Shown here in pieces: positions 1 to 12,940 of a stretch of 64,000 nt of DNA. Origin of the DNA: the human T2T-CHM13v2.0 reference genome, Homo sapiens; the NCBI RefSeq assembly GCF_009914755.1, contig NC_060941.1; one strand, 5' to 3'. The notes beneath the pieces were generated by a model that saw nothing but the letters and a program-made list of their open reading frames with translations, was not told the DNA's origin and ran no database searches. The first letter of the stretch is position 1. Each line of letters begins with the position of its first letter. Both the position numbers and the translations under genes were made by a program.

Positions 1-1818
1 CCAGGCACCCCACACAGCTTGGGAAGATACCCCGTGGCCCAAGACGCCCCTGATGCCTGACGCCAATCAAGACTTGGAGGCTGCAGAAGGGAATAGGGGA
101 CTGAGCCTGTGAGCTTGGGCCAAGCCCAGCACGATTTTGCCCTACCTCCGCAGCCTCGGCATACCAGGCCTTCCAAGGCATCTGGGCCGTGCCTGGCTAC
201 ATCCTGCAGTCTGCATCCTGCCTATGAGCAAAGCTCTGAGGGCCTCATCAGAGAGGTGGCGGGGCTGAAAGGCTGAGGGATGCACCCCTCGGGCCGAAAA
301 GGCTCATAGCCTGAGGTCTTTGCTCCTTTAGGCTCGCCTTCACAAAGCTAAAGTGCCCAGGAACCCCGGGATGGCCAAATGCGCTGCTCCCCACTGAGAT
401 GACTCACTATCCCAATGGTTGGGACCTCCAGTCCAGCCGAGGAGAGAGGAGCCTCTGGCTACCCAGCTCTGACATCCCAGCCCTCTCATCCTCAGGCTTG
501 GCACTTCGGGGCTGCCTCTTCGTCTCCCTTGGGGAGTGAAAATAGAGGTCTTTCCCAACAGCCAGACTCCTACCCCACATATCCCACTGGCAGGTGCCTC
601 CATGGGCACTGGAGATCCTGATAGGAAGGGACACTGCCCAGGGACACACAGACTTGAGGCCACAGAGTGAGCAGATTCCTCCTAACACTCACACCCACAT
701 CCCCATCAGGGCTGGTGGGACTCCTGGCCACACCAGCCTTCCTCCTGGATTCCCACAGTCTCACTCTAGCCCTGCAGGGAGCTCTCTGGCTGAGGCTGCA
801 CCCACACACTAGTGGCCTCACACAGTCCTCACACCCATTCACTGCTGACCCCTCACCCAAGATTCGGACCACTTGAAGTGCAGACACACTGGGACTGGCT
901 CCTCTAGTCATGCAGGGCCCTGATTACTCTCACATTCAGACCCACAAACTCACACACAAGGCCTTGACTAACTGCCAGGGGACAGACACAGGCCCTGCGC
1001 CCCAGGGGAGCTGTCCAGCGCCAGGACCCATCAGGACCCAAGATAGGTTCGGAATTCCTAGGGACATCCCCAGGCAGCTAGGCAGGGATTCACACTTCTC
1101 CTTCCCGGTCTTCATCCCTGGGGTGGGTCTTGCAGGACTCTTCCCCTCTCCCCAGAACGTGAGCACACGGTTTCAAGTTCTGGGCGCTGCCGGAGGATCC
1201 AGCATGGGCAGCCCGGTAGCGGGGTGAGGACACTGGGCTGTGTGCAAGTGGAGCTAGAGGCTCAGAAAAAGGCTTCTGCGTCTCCGGGGCCACAGTTTTT
1301 CTTCCTGGATGAAGAAAACTGCCGTCCGGGGGCCCAGCCTGTCCCTGGCCGCGCTGCCTTGACCTCGGCAGCGGCCTGGAAAGATCGAGCAGGGAGGTTA
1401 GAAACTCCCACCCTCACACTTCACATCAGGCCCTTCAAACCATATGGCAAGGGATGGCAGGTCTCAACTCCAAGTGCGGTTCTGCCGACCCTACCAGCCT
1501 ACTGCAGCGGGAGAAGGACGTGGGTGCCAGTAGCTTCCATGAGAGCTTGTTTGAGCCAGGACGGCAGGTCCAGACAAGACTCTTCCCCGAGGCACGGAAC
1601 CCCTATCCTCTCCCCAACACTCCCTTGCCGCTCACACCATGGCCAAGCTTCCCTCTACCCAAGACCGACGAAGTTGGGGACCAGACTCCTAGAGGGGGCG
1701 CGGGGATTCTCAGGGTGTGGGGAACAGGTCCTCCAGAGACAAATCTGCCTTGCAGGTGGGGAGTGGACCAGGGCCGGGCAGGAAGGCAGGCCGGGAGGGA
1801 GGCAGAGCTCGGGGCAGT

Positions 1819-1819
<1 letters not shown>

Positions 1820-1857
<38 letters not shown>
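1820..1857. repeat. (GT)19 microsatellite in SEZ6 intron 1
   Basis: Read directly. Confidence 0.97.
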
Positions 1858-1859
<2 letters not shown>

Positions 1860-2553
1860 AAGGAAAGGACTTTGGGGAGGACAGAGTCTCTATCCCAGGA
1901 TCTCCGCTGCTGCAGCCGAGGGCAGAGCCAGGAGCCAGATAGGGGGTCCAGGCCCTTGGAGTTTCTCTCTAGAATTGTGCTCTAGGTCCCGACTCTGGCG
2001 TGGCAGCGCCAGGGCATGGGGAGGTGAGCGAGGTCCCAACCCCGGGTCCGGCCGCCATCCGGCCCCGTCTCCCCTCAGTAAGAACACTAGAGGCCCTGGA
2101 ACCGGCGGCAAAGTCGAGCGAAGTTTGGCGGGCGGCAGGGGAAGCGGGACCACGGGCCGCCAGCTGGACCGTCCCGACTCACTGCCTTGCGCCCCCCGGC
2201 ACGCGCCCCAGCACCCTGAGATGCCTAGAGTGTGGCGAGGTAGCGCGCGGGTGAGCGCGTGTGTGCGGGGAGTGGGTGGCGTGATGAATTGCATCAGAGA
2301 AATCCCATTAGATCTGGGGAGATGATTAAAGACGAGGTCTCGGCCGGGCGCGAATGGCGGGAGCCGCGGCAGCTTCCCGCCCGCGAAGCCCGCGCCCCGC
2401 CCGGCTTGGCCGGCGCCGGGGGCAGCGCAGCCGGCGGGGCGCGGTGCTTGGACTGGGCAGCCAGATGCCCGAAGCTGGGCACCGGGTCTCCCTTCCCACC
2501 CCTGGGGCCCCGCTCCCGCCCCCGTCCTGCCGCCGGATGCCGGGGTCCCTTAC

Positions 2554-2608
2554 CGTGAGCCAGGAGCGCCAGCAGCGAGGGCAGGAGCAGCAGGGCTACC
2601 GGGCGCAT
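2554..2608 (-). CDS. SEZ6: Seizure protein 6 homolog, coding exon 1 (signal peptide MRPVALLLLPSLLALLAH-G)
   Basis: ATG at 2608 in a good Kozak context (GCACC ATG). The 55 nt encode 18 codons plus 1 nt and end at a consensus donor (CACG|GTAAGG). The peptide matches the recalled SEZ6 N-terminus. The ORF-track continuation is intron. Confidence 0.95.
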
Positions 2609-2761
2609 GGTGCTGGTTGCGGCCGCGCCCTGGGCTGGGACCGCGGCGGGAGGGCGGGGGGCTTGGTGGGGCTTGGGCGCGGGGGCAGAGCCGGGTCCGG
2701 CCGGGTAGAGGGAGCGGGGCCGCAGCCGTCACCGCCGCTGCCGCCGCCAGCGCCTGACAGA

Positions 2762-2782
2762 ATCAGCACCACGGCCAGCGCC
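2762..2782 (+). promoter_or_regulatory. RE1/NRSE REST-binding site
   Basis: ATCAGCACCACGGCCAGCGCC versus consensus TTCAGCACCACGGACAGCGCC, 19/21 match, in the promoter of a neuronal gene. Confidence 0.85.
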
Positions 2783-3485
2783 TGGCGACGGCGCCGGGGA
2801 TCGCCGAGCGGGGCTGGGGGCGGGGGCGCGGGAGGAGCGGCTTACCGTAAAGTCTCATGCAAAGGCGCAGAGACCCAGGGGCAGGAGCCCAGGCTCCCGC
2901 TCCACCGCGACTGCCCTACTCATGTGGGCACACGGCCCCTGCCCTTCTGCGCTGCCCACCCCCAGCCAAGCATGCCACCCTCTTTCCCGTTAACGGCCTG
3001 CTAAGGAACCTCAATTAATAGCTCACTGTAGCCTTCTGATTCTCCATGAGAAAGAGCAACACTTTCCCCACCCCTCTCCACCCAATCCTGGTACCTGAGG
3101 GCGTCAAGGGTGACCTGGGAAGACATCCGAGAGTGAGGCAGCTGGTGAGGCCCGCGTGCCCTTGTGGCAGTTCCGTCTTGGGACGATAATGAAGATGGCT
3201 TTTGAGCGTACAAAGGATAATAAATTATTACTTTGCGCTCAATAAATGCCAGGGCTCCAGGCAGCTGCATCAGCAGCAAACTGTGCTCACAGAAAAGCTT
3301 AATTATCCTGATATTATAGTTAAAAGCCAGTGGCACTCGCATCCTGGGGAGACATTCTTCACTTGGCAGGAGGCAACCTGGGCCAAGCTGTGGGCAGCTG
3401 AAGGTAGTATCCTGGGTCCCCACGTAGCCCTGGGTCTCCAGGACTCTGCCTTGGCCCCTCTGCAGGACCAGAGAAGCCACAGTGA

Positions 3486-3893
<408 letters not shown>

Positions 3894-5399
3894 TAGATAG
3901 AGACTTGAAGGAGGCCCAGGGGTGTAGCCTGTACTATTAAAGGCATGGAAAAATAACTTTCCAGGGCCCTGCTTGGGCTGAGGAGCCCCAGTGAGTCACA
4001 GGACAGCAAGGGGGCAGTCACAGCTGTGCCATCCTGAGGCTGCTCTTTAAAGGCAGGGGCTCATGGATGGGCTCACTTGAAGAGCTTTAATGGGTACAAT
4101 GGGACAGGATCCTATGGCTGATGTTATTATTCCCTGTAGAGGAATAGGAGGGCTGAACTCCCTATTGCCCCTGGGAGAAGGGCAGTTTTTTGTTTAGTTT
4201 CTTTTTACATGAACTTGGTTGCTCTCCAAAGCTTCCAGACTCCAGTCATTGTCCAGTGTCCTTCCTGACCCTCATCCTGGAAGCAGGTGGTGAAATTTCT
4301 GCTCAAGTTCCTTAGAGAGTGTTTTGGTCCTCTTGACCAGAGTCTCCCAACTCTGCTGGTTGGATTCTCTCCAGACCCTCTTCTTGTGGGCTCTGGGGAG
4401 CTGTGATGACTGCTGTAAAGAGTCCCAGGCAGCAGGCAGATGGCGTGTGGAATTAGGAAGACGCTGGGATTTCTGGACAGTTGTTTTGAGAAGCTGAGGA
4501 AAAAGAGGGCAGCAGCAGAAGGATGGCAGGAAGAAGGAGGAGCTGATGCAAGAATCAGGGGTGAGGAGAGGAAGCCAGGAAAGAAGGTGCAAGAGGGGAG
4601 GCAGAAAGAGAGTTGCCAACAGAGGAAGGGAAGAGACACAGAGGTAGAAGGTTGTGTGACCGGGGGAAGTTTAGGAAAATGCTGGCAAATGTCATGAGAT
4701 TCCTCTTTTCCTCCTTGAAAGTATTCCTGGGCTCCTCTAGTATTCCTGGTCCCTCATGGCTAGGCAGCTTGGGCAAGGGGAGTGAGTCATGACCTAGGGA
4801 TGAATCTTGTATTGCCAGGATGATTCATGGGGATTTGGAGGTTGGTGGCAGGCTTGTCTGACTCTCTTAGCAACAGGGCTCCTTGATGGGCTGGGCACTA
4901 TGCACATAAAGGAGGGGGAGAGAAGCCATCCTGGAACTTGTCACATCACCTTCCCTATGGCCTGAACTAACCTAGAGGGTCCAATGGAGACTACAAGTCC
5001 CAGAATACAGTACTGTACCCTGAGCTCAGAAGATGGGCTTGTACTGCATGATGGGCATGACAATGCACCGGGGCTGTCCCTCCCTCCTAAAGGCAGTTAA
5101 CATAGCCTTTATGCAGTGGGTTCCTAGGCAGGTTGAGGCAGAGCCTGGGCCAAACTGGGAAACAGCAGAGCTTCTGTCAGGTGCCCTCTATCATGCCCTC
5201 CAAGGGGCTCGTCCTAACCAGACCTTGATATTACCTACAAATTGAGAACAATAAAATGCCCAAGGGGACAATCAGCTGTATACAGGGCTGGCAGGCTTAT
5301 AGTCTACTCAATTCATAGGCACCTTTGAAAGTGGCAGTCTGGGTGGACTTGCAAGGCTCCCCTCACTGCTCTCACTTCTGTTCTCTGCATCCCCCACCT

Positions 5400-5580
5400 G
5401 GCTTTTTGCTCCCAGAGAACCCTGGGCTTCCCCTGTCTGTGTAATTGCTTGCTTAATTGTCTGTCTGCTCTACTAGTTGTTGACTTTGCGAAGGCACAGA
5501 CCGTGTCTGTCTCATCTACCCACAATCTAGCTCAGTGGCTGGCACATAGTAGATGTTCAATAAATATTTGTGAATAAACA
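5400..5580 (+). mobile_element. L2 3' end fragment
   Basis: Ends TGGCACATAGTAGATGTTCAATAAATATTTGTGAAT, the typical L2 terminus. Confidence 0.7.
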
Positions 5581-5754
5581 ACAGGGATGAGGAGTGTCTA
5601 AAGCCCAAGGCCGGTCATTGGTGTCAAATGAGTGCTGTGAGATAATGAAGAAAAGGGCAATTGTTTCTTTTGGGGATGAGGCAAGGTCAGTGAAATCTTC
5701 ACACAATGGATGGGTGAAACCAAGTTGAATATGTTTTTAAAAATTAATTAATTA

Positions 5755-6042
5755 ATTTTTGAGACAGGTTCTTACTCTGTCACCCAGGCTGGGATGCAGT
5801 GGTGTGATCAGGGCTCACTGCAGCCTTGACTTCCTGGGCTGAAGTGATTCTCCCATCTCAGCCTCCTGAATAACTGGGACCACAGGCATGAGCCAGCATG
5901 CCCAGCTAATTTTTTACTTTTTTGTAGAGATGAGGTCTCTGTATGTAGTCCAGGCTGGTCTCAAATTCCTGGGCTCAAGTGATCCTCCCACCTTGGCCTC
6001 CCAAAGGACTGAGATTACAGGCATGAACCACTGCCCCTAGCC
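5755..6042 (-). mobile_element. Alu (J-like)
   Basis: Full antisense dimer. Confidence 0.9.
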
Positions 6043-9000
6043 CAAATAAGTCTTATGATTCAATGGAGAGGGAGAGGGAAGACATTCAAAGTTGGGGGGT
6101 GTAGTTTATGCACAGCGTTGGAAAATGCAAGCTAGTCTGGGTCAGTGAGAAGACTGGTTCTGCTGGAGCAGAGTCCCTGCTGGGAAGTAGGAGAAAGGGC
6201 TAGAGTAGGCTGGGGCCTAGCTGTGAATGGCTTGGTGGTCACCTGAGCTGAAGGACATCCTTGGTGGCTATACTGAAGGGATTACCCCATCACGAAGATA
6301 TTTGCACTGAAACAGAGCAATCTGGCATCATTAAGGTATGTTTTCAAGCACTGTGGCAAGTGGTAGGAACTGTGGGGTTCACTGCTGACTCCGAAGCCAG
6401 GGGGTGGGGTGTGTGTCTGAGCTACAGTGACTGAATTAGGTTTGAGAGACCAGAGAGAGGGAAGAAGGGGCTCTTCAATCCCAGACACCCCAACCCCTGC
6501 CCAGACAAAGCCAGACATACATAGAGCCCCCATCCATCCATTGAAGCTGGAGAAGCCAGCTTTACTTCCCCAGTTCCAAACAGCCCATCAATCTGTAGGA
6601 TCACAGGCACATTGGTGACTTATTTTGAAGTCTCTGCTGAGATGACACTTGCTTTCTGCACGAGAGGAGGAGAAAATTACTCTCTTCTAAGACAGCTTTC
6701 AAACCAGAGCTATATCTTTTGTGGAGCCAAAGGGGTTTTGGTGTTTCAGGGAGGCAAGGGCAGGGGCTGCCACCTCACTCCAGAGGCTCCCAGGGGTTCA
6801 GAGCTGCCTGCTTACCTCAACCCACTTCATGGAGCAGGATTCCAGACCTTGCAGCTCCTGGAACAGTCAGGGATGCCAGTGCTCCAGCCAGGGCTCCCTG
6901 CATTACCCAAAGTCAACCCATTGAATTTAGGGGCAGGAGGAGGGCCCTGCTCTGATAAATGGAGAGTCCTGGCTCCAGGCATTTGCTCTTGCTCCAGGAT
7001 TGACTGCAGGAAGAGCTCAGGGTAGATGGAGACAGCAGCAGAAAGTGGTTTGATGTGAGCTACTTTCCATCTCCAAACAGAGGCCTCCAGCCTGCCCACC
7101 ACCCCCAGCCGAGGCCTTTGATCCTCCACAGCTCCATAAATGTTTAATGCCACCGGCTGGGCAGGAATGAGGCAGGTGCTGAAACAGGGAGACTGGGGAT
7201 AGGACTTAAGACGTACAATGTTGGCTAGATTATTTTCACATAGGAGCTCTGGGATGGATGGGAGGAGGCTTTCCCCCATCATGTGGCAGGAGAAGTCCCA
7301 GGGTTCAAATTTGGGGCACTAATAAAGAAAACTCTTTGAAAACTACCAAGGGGATGAAAATAAATGAATAATCAATTGCAAAAGCCCAATCTCTGGTTTG
7401 ATTGAAGGAGAAAGATGGAAAGTTAAATGACAATCAAATGCAAATACAGCTCAACAAACACCACAGCAATTACCAGGCGCAGGAACCACATGGTGCTTGC
7501 AGGCAGCGGGGGTTGGCAATTTGGAAGCCTGAGCCTGTGCAGAGGTGACGGGCGAGGGGCCATTTTAATGGACGGTTAAATAGATGCAAAAAAACCCTGC
7601 ATCTACTTTGCATACACTGCTGATGAGTGGGGTGCTGGAATTCTGGCATCCAGAGGGAGGTTGTTCTACCTTCCGTGGCTGCCTCTGTATCATTTCAGGA
7701 GGCCCTGAGTACCTGCGGTGGGGTGAGGCCAGAGTGAGCTCCAGCTCAGATGATCAGGGAGAAGGCTGCACCAGTCTCATTGGATTCTTCACACCAGCTG
7801 GTGCTGAAGGTTCAGGGGTTGAAGTTGAAAGAAGCCTGTGGGGTCCTCCATAAAGGACTCAAGGTGCTGGCCTTCCAACAGCCTGGTAAGAGTGGCTTTC
7901 TCCTCTAGATTTGCATAATGCTTTGCATCTCATTTGAATACTATTAATTTGGTGTCAGGCTAGGTTGGCATGGTGTAGGAAAGAGAACAGCTGGCCTTCT
8001 CCATCCCCTCTGTACCACAGAGCTTATTCTAAGCATAGCCTTCTGCAACTGGGGGGCATGAGGCCTCCACTTTCACCATCCCCTTCATGTTCCCTGACAC
8101 TTAGTCTCTTAGTGAAGCCAGCTCCTAAAAGCCAAGGCTGCCTGGCATTGTGGCCACCTGCAGGGTTATGCTGAAGGAAGAAGAAAGGGTCCCCCAAGGT
8201 CACTCTCACCAGACCCAGAGACACCATGGGAGGATGCTGGGGGCCTTTGTCATCCCAAGCAATCAAGGCAGCTTGGCTTGGAAAGGGTCCAAAGATAATA
8301 ACCAAGAGAGGGAGGGAACAAAGACAGGCGATAATCCCAGAGAAATATAGAGGGCTCTAGAAATAAAATCCTCTGAACTCAATATTTCTAGTGCTTGAAC
8401 TTACATAAAATACATCTGTCCAGAGGCATTGGGTTTATGGTGCTGCTCTGGGGCTGGGAACCTGGTACCAGGTTGATGGCCATGTGATGAGAGAGTGAGT
8501 CACCAGGTGGGGTGAGTTCCTGAGAAAGAGGGAAGAGGCCCCGGGTGCATCCTGTGGGCTGCCCCTGGCAGGTGGGCATCGGGAGGCTACAGGGAGATGC
8601 GGATGAGTTATTTAATTGAAGAGGAAGAGAAGTGCATTCCATGCAGAGGGAACAGCATGTACATCGGTAGGCAGGACTAAGAGATGGTTAGTGTAGCTGG
8701 ATGGCAGCAAACAAGAGTTGTGGTGTGGGATGTAGCTGGAGAGCTGGGGTGTAGCAAAGCTTAGTGGCTGGTATGAAATCTCTAGGAGTCCTACCTGCCC
8801 ATCCATCTGTCCATTTATTCGTTCGTCCTTCACCCTACTACCTCCCAATTCATTCATCACCCACTCATTCATTTACTGAATGAGTGAGCACTTATTGAGC
8901 ACTGTGTGTATGCCAGGACCTGAACTAGCTACTGGAGAGGGAGAGCCCTCAAGGAGCACCCAGACTGGGGAGGGGAAACAGCCCCAACACCCTGTAAGAC

Positions 9001-9720
9001 AGCATGTTTATCTCCACAAGGTACTTAAACAAGGCTCTGGAAGCCCTAGAGGCCAAGTCTCCCATGCTTCAAGCTTCCCAAGGCAAGGGTCCTTCATTAC
9101 CTCCGGGGAGATCTTCCATTCACACAGATCCTCCTGGCATCTAATACTATTCCTTCCTGCTACAAAAGCAGCCCGCTTCTTATAGCCCCAGAGTGGCAGG
9201 GAGTGTTTCTGATGTTCCTTCTCATTGACCCTTTATTTGGGCCTTAGAGACATCACAGTCTCAGGAGAACCCAGGGGAAGTGATATGAGAACATGGTCAA
9301 GTCTCCCTTAGACATCAGAACCCAGGCTTAGATACACTTCTAGCCACTTCCTTTTCTGGGCATGAAAATAGGACAGAAATTCCCAATGTCCCTTAATTCA
9401 GCATATTCCCTCCCCCACTCCTCCTTGAACTACTTGTCCTCTATTTGTGACATCACAATGGTCTCTATGGCAACTGATTGTGAGGTCACCAGTCCTTAAA
9501 GCAACAGAATATGTGGGTCCAGACAATGGCCTGCAAGAGAAAGGAAGAATACAAAATGGAAGCCTGGGATAGAGATCATCTCCTAGGAAAGGGGGAGGCC
9601 ACCCAAGGCCTGTCAGGGGGAGGGCTCCACTTCTCAGCCCATCTGCAGTAGGTCCACATTCGGGGTAGGCAAGAGCAAGGCCTGCTGGAAAGGGAAACTG
9701 CTCATCAAGAAACTGAGGGA

Positions 9721-10087
<367 letters not shown>

Positions 10088-10379
10088 TCATCCCAACCTA
10101 ATGTTTGCCTTGGGCAAGTTTTGGAACCTCCATTTCTTTACCTATGAAAGGAAAATGATGCCACTTGCCTTTCAGAAAAGTATTCAGTGAGATAACCTGT
10201 TGGAGAGCCTGGCACATAGTAGGTGCTTGTTTCTATCTACTTGTACTTGTTTCTATTTCTTTTTCTACCCCCTCAGCCCTTATGCCTAGGATCTTGCATA
10301 TTATATGTGCCTTATTAATGCTTGCAATTGTAAGTGCACTGTAAGTGCAGGATGAGGGCTACAGGGCAATGTTTAGAGC

Positions 10380-10600
10380 AGGGGAAGTCAATGGACCTGG
10401 ATTCAAATCCTCGCTCTGCTATTTGCTAGCTGTAAGCCTTTGAGCAAATCACCTTTCTGTTTCTTGGTTTCCTTAACTGTGAAATGGGAGATAGCAATAC
10501 TGTTGTCTTCATAGGGTTGATTAGGACTAAATGAGACCCTGCAAATAAATAGCAGAGCTTGGCACATGAGGTGCATGGTACTTAAACTTGAGTGAGGCTG
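10380..10600 (+). mobile_element. MIR
   Basis: GGATTCAAATCC, CTGTGAAATGGGAGATA and GGACTAAATGAGA MIR core motifs. Confidence 0.7.
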
Positions 10601-10914
10601 TTTCTGCATGCGCTGCACAGTTTGTGTTCACTGTCAGTTTTCAGGAAATGTGAATTAATCTGTGGGGTGTCCAGAACCGGAGAGTGGGTGAACCTCAAGA
10701 CAGGGCCATAGGATGGCAGTCTCTCCCCGAAAGGGGTGACCGCTCACTTTCTGGATTCCCTCTAGTGCGGACACCCAGCTCATACCAGTCACAGGGGCTG
10801 GGTGCTCCTTGAAGTCAGAGTGAACTCATCTATGAAGCCCAGACCAGGGCCTGACACATGGCACAGGCTCAGCAACAGTTAAGGTAAACTGAGTTAGAGG
10901 ATATCTTAATAATA

Positions 10915-11140
10915 TACTGGCTAACATATATTCTGTGCATATTCTGTGCCAGGCTCTGGTCTAAGCACTTTACATTTTGATCCTCACAACAACCTATGAG
11001 CTAGATATTATCCATTTTTAAAATGTGGGAACAGAGAGGCTAAGTAATTTGCCCAAAGTCACACAACTAGTAAGCAATGACGAAGCTCGGATTTGAACCC
11101 AGGCTACCTGGCTCTAGAACCTATGTTCTTAACTACCACG
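10915..11140 (-). mobile_element. MIR
   Basis: TCCTCACAACAACCTATGAG...AAGTAATTTGCCCAAAGTCACACA...GGATTTGAACCCAGG. Confidence 0.75.
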
Positions 11141-12395
11141 TTACCCGCAGCCCCATGGGCTGGGTCCATCCATTTTACTATATCTGCCACCACGAATTTC
11201 CTCCCCCAGCTCTCTCACTTGCCCCTCTCTTCTCCCAGCTGAGCCCAGGCCCAGTGCAACTCAAAGAATGGAAATTCTCTTCCACTAGCCTCAGCAATCT
11301 GCCTCCCCCTTTGTTGAAATAAAGCCACTGCCACAGCCAAAGCCACCACCGGATCTCTTGCTTATTTCAAGTCCTCCTAAAGCTTGTTGAGTTCTTAACT
11401 TATTAAAGATAAGCACATGGAAATAGGGAGCAAATCTCTTTATTTATGACATAATCTCCAGCCCAGAAAAGCGGCAGGAACAGTGTTGCCTATATTAGGG
11501 AACCAATAGGAAAAAAATCAATTAGATCCGCCAGACCGTTTCGCTATTAACTTTCTTCTGATGTTTCTCTTAAGGCTGGCCATGGGGGTCTCCACCAGCA
11601 GCTGAGGTGGAGAGAGAGGAGAGCTTTGTAGGAACAGAGAAAGGAATGTCACAAGGAAGGCAGCTGACCAGGCTTCCAGACAGACAGGGGAATCTTTTCA
11701 TCATGGTCTCCTTCACTGCTTTCCAAATCTCATTTAACCTCCATGTTTCTTGCTGCAATTTCAGTTGGTGTCTTTAGGGGCAGGGGAGTCAATTGGTCAC
11801 TGTTGGCTTCTTGCAGACTTGAACCCCAAGTCTGACCACATTTTTGCAAGACCCATCGGGAGAAGGATCCTCCCCTTTCTGAAAGAACAATATTCTGGAG
11901 GGGCTCTTCTTGACTGATGTTTAGTAGGCTCTTCTGCTGGATAATTATGCCTCAAACAACCCCAAGCAGCTACCGCATGAGGTCTTCACATCCATCTGCC
12001 TGCCTCCAGGAGCACTTTCTAAGCTATCTCCCAGAGATAGGGCTCACCCTTATTCCTGAGAGCCTCCGGTGAGGAGGGTGCCCTAGCTCCCATAGTAACC
12101 CCAGAATTAGTCTCCTTAAAGGCTGGGGATCATGGCTTGTTCAATAGTTTTTCTTCAGGTTCGGGCATATAGAAGGGGCTCAATAAATAGTCACAGAATC
12201 AATAACTATTACAAAAGCCCCATTGATGGAATGCTCGCTCCGTACCAAGGCTGAGAAGGGTGATCTGTCACCCAAAGTAGGACCCCTTTGTTGCTCCCTG
12301 AACCAACAACCCAGAAGAGCCTGCCAGTTTTGTAGTTTTGTTTTTCCTTTTCTTGCTATTTGGCCAGGAGCAGCAGTAGCAGCAGCTCCAAGAAG

Positions 12396-12399
<4 letters not shown>

Positions 12400-12436
<37 letters not shown>

Positions 12437-12940
12437 TGAGACAGGATCTCACTCTGTTATCCAGGCTGGAGTATAGTGGCACAATCATGGCTCACTGTAG
12501 CCTCAACCTCCCCATGCTCAGGTGATCCTCCCATCTCAGCCTCCCAAGTAGCTGGGACTATAGGCATGCACCACCACACCCAGCTGATATTTGTATTTTT
12601 TTGTTGTTGTTGAGATGGAGTCTCGCTCTTTTGCCCAGGCCGGACTGCAGTGGCGCTGTCTCGGCTCACTGCAAGCTCTGCCTCCCGGGTTCATGCCATT
12701 CTCCTGCCTCAGCCTCCTGAGTAGCTGGGACTACAGGCGCCCGCCACCGCACCCTGCTAATTTTTTGTATTTTTAGTAGAGATGGGGTTTCACCATGTTA
12801 GCCAAGATGGTCTCGATCTCCTGACCTCGTGATTCGCCCGCCTCGGCCTCCCAAAGTGCTGGGATTATAGGTGTGAGCCACCGCGCCCGGCCTATATTTG
12901 TATTTTTTGTAGAGATGGGGTTTCACCATGTTGGCCAGGC
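12400..12940 (-). mobile_element. Nested Alus: AluY-type (12601-12892) inside an older AluJ with a (TAT)12 tail
   Basis: AluY diagnostics (CAAGCTCTGCC, GCCATTCTCC, GACCTCGTGAT); ATATTTGTATTTTT duplicated at ~12587 and ~12894. Confidence 0.9.

Larger units (their letters stand above)
1990..2950. promoter_or_regulatory. SEZ6: CpG island / SEZ6 promoter and 5' UTR
   Basis: Very high GC and CpG density, with GC boxes (GGGGCGGGG ~2817-2825) around the first exon. Confidence 0.9.

Noticed and set aside
2294-2553. Continuation of the SEZ6 ORF past codon 19
   Set aside because: Runs through a consensus splice donor into intron 1.
1224-3004. Long + strand ORFs (253, 202 and 216 aa) over the SEZ6 CpG island
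   Set aside because: Stop-poor GC-rich DNA and a (GT)n repeat; no recognisable domain; several lack an ATG start.
5739-5760. 22-bp perfect AT palindrome (another at 19624-19645)
   Set aside because: Low-complexity tails of Alu/L1 elements.
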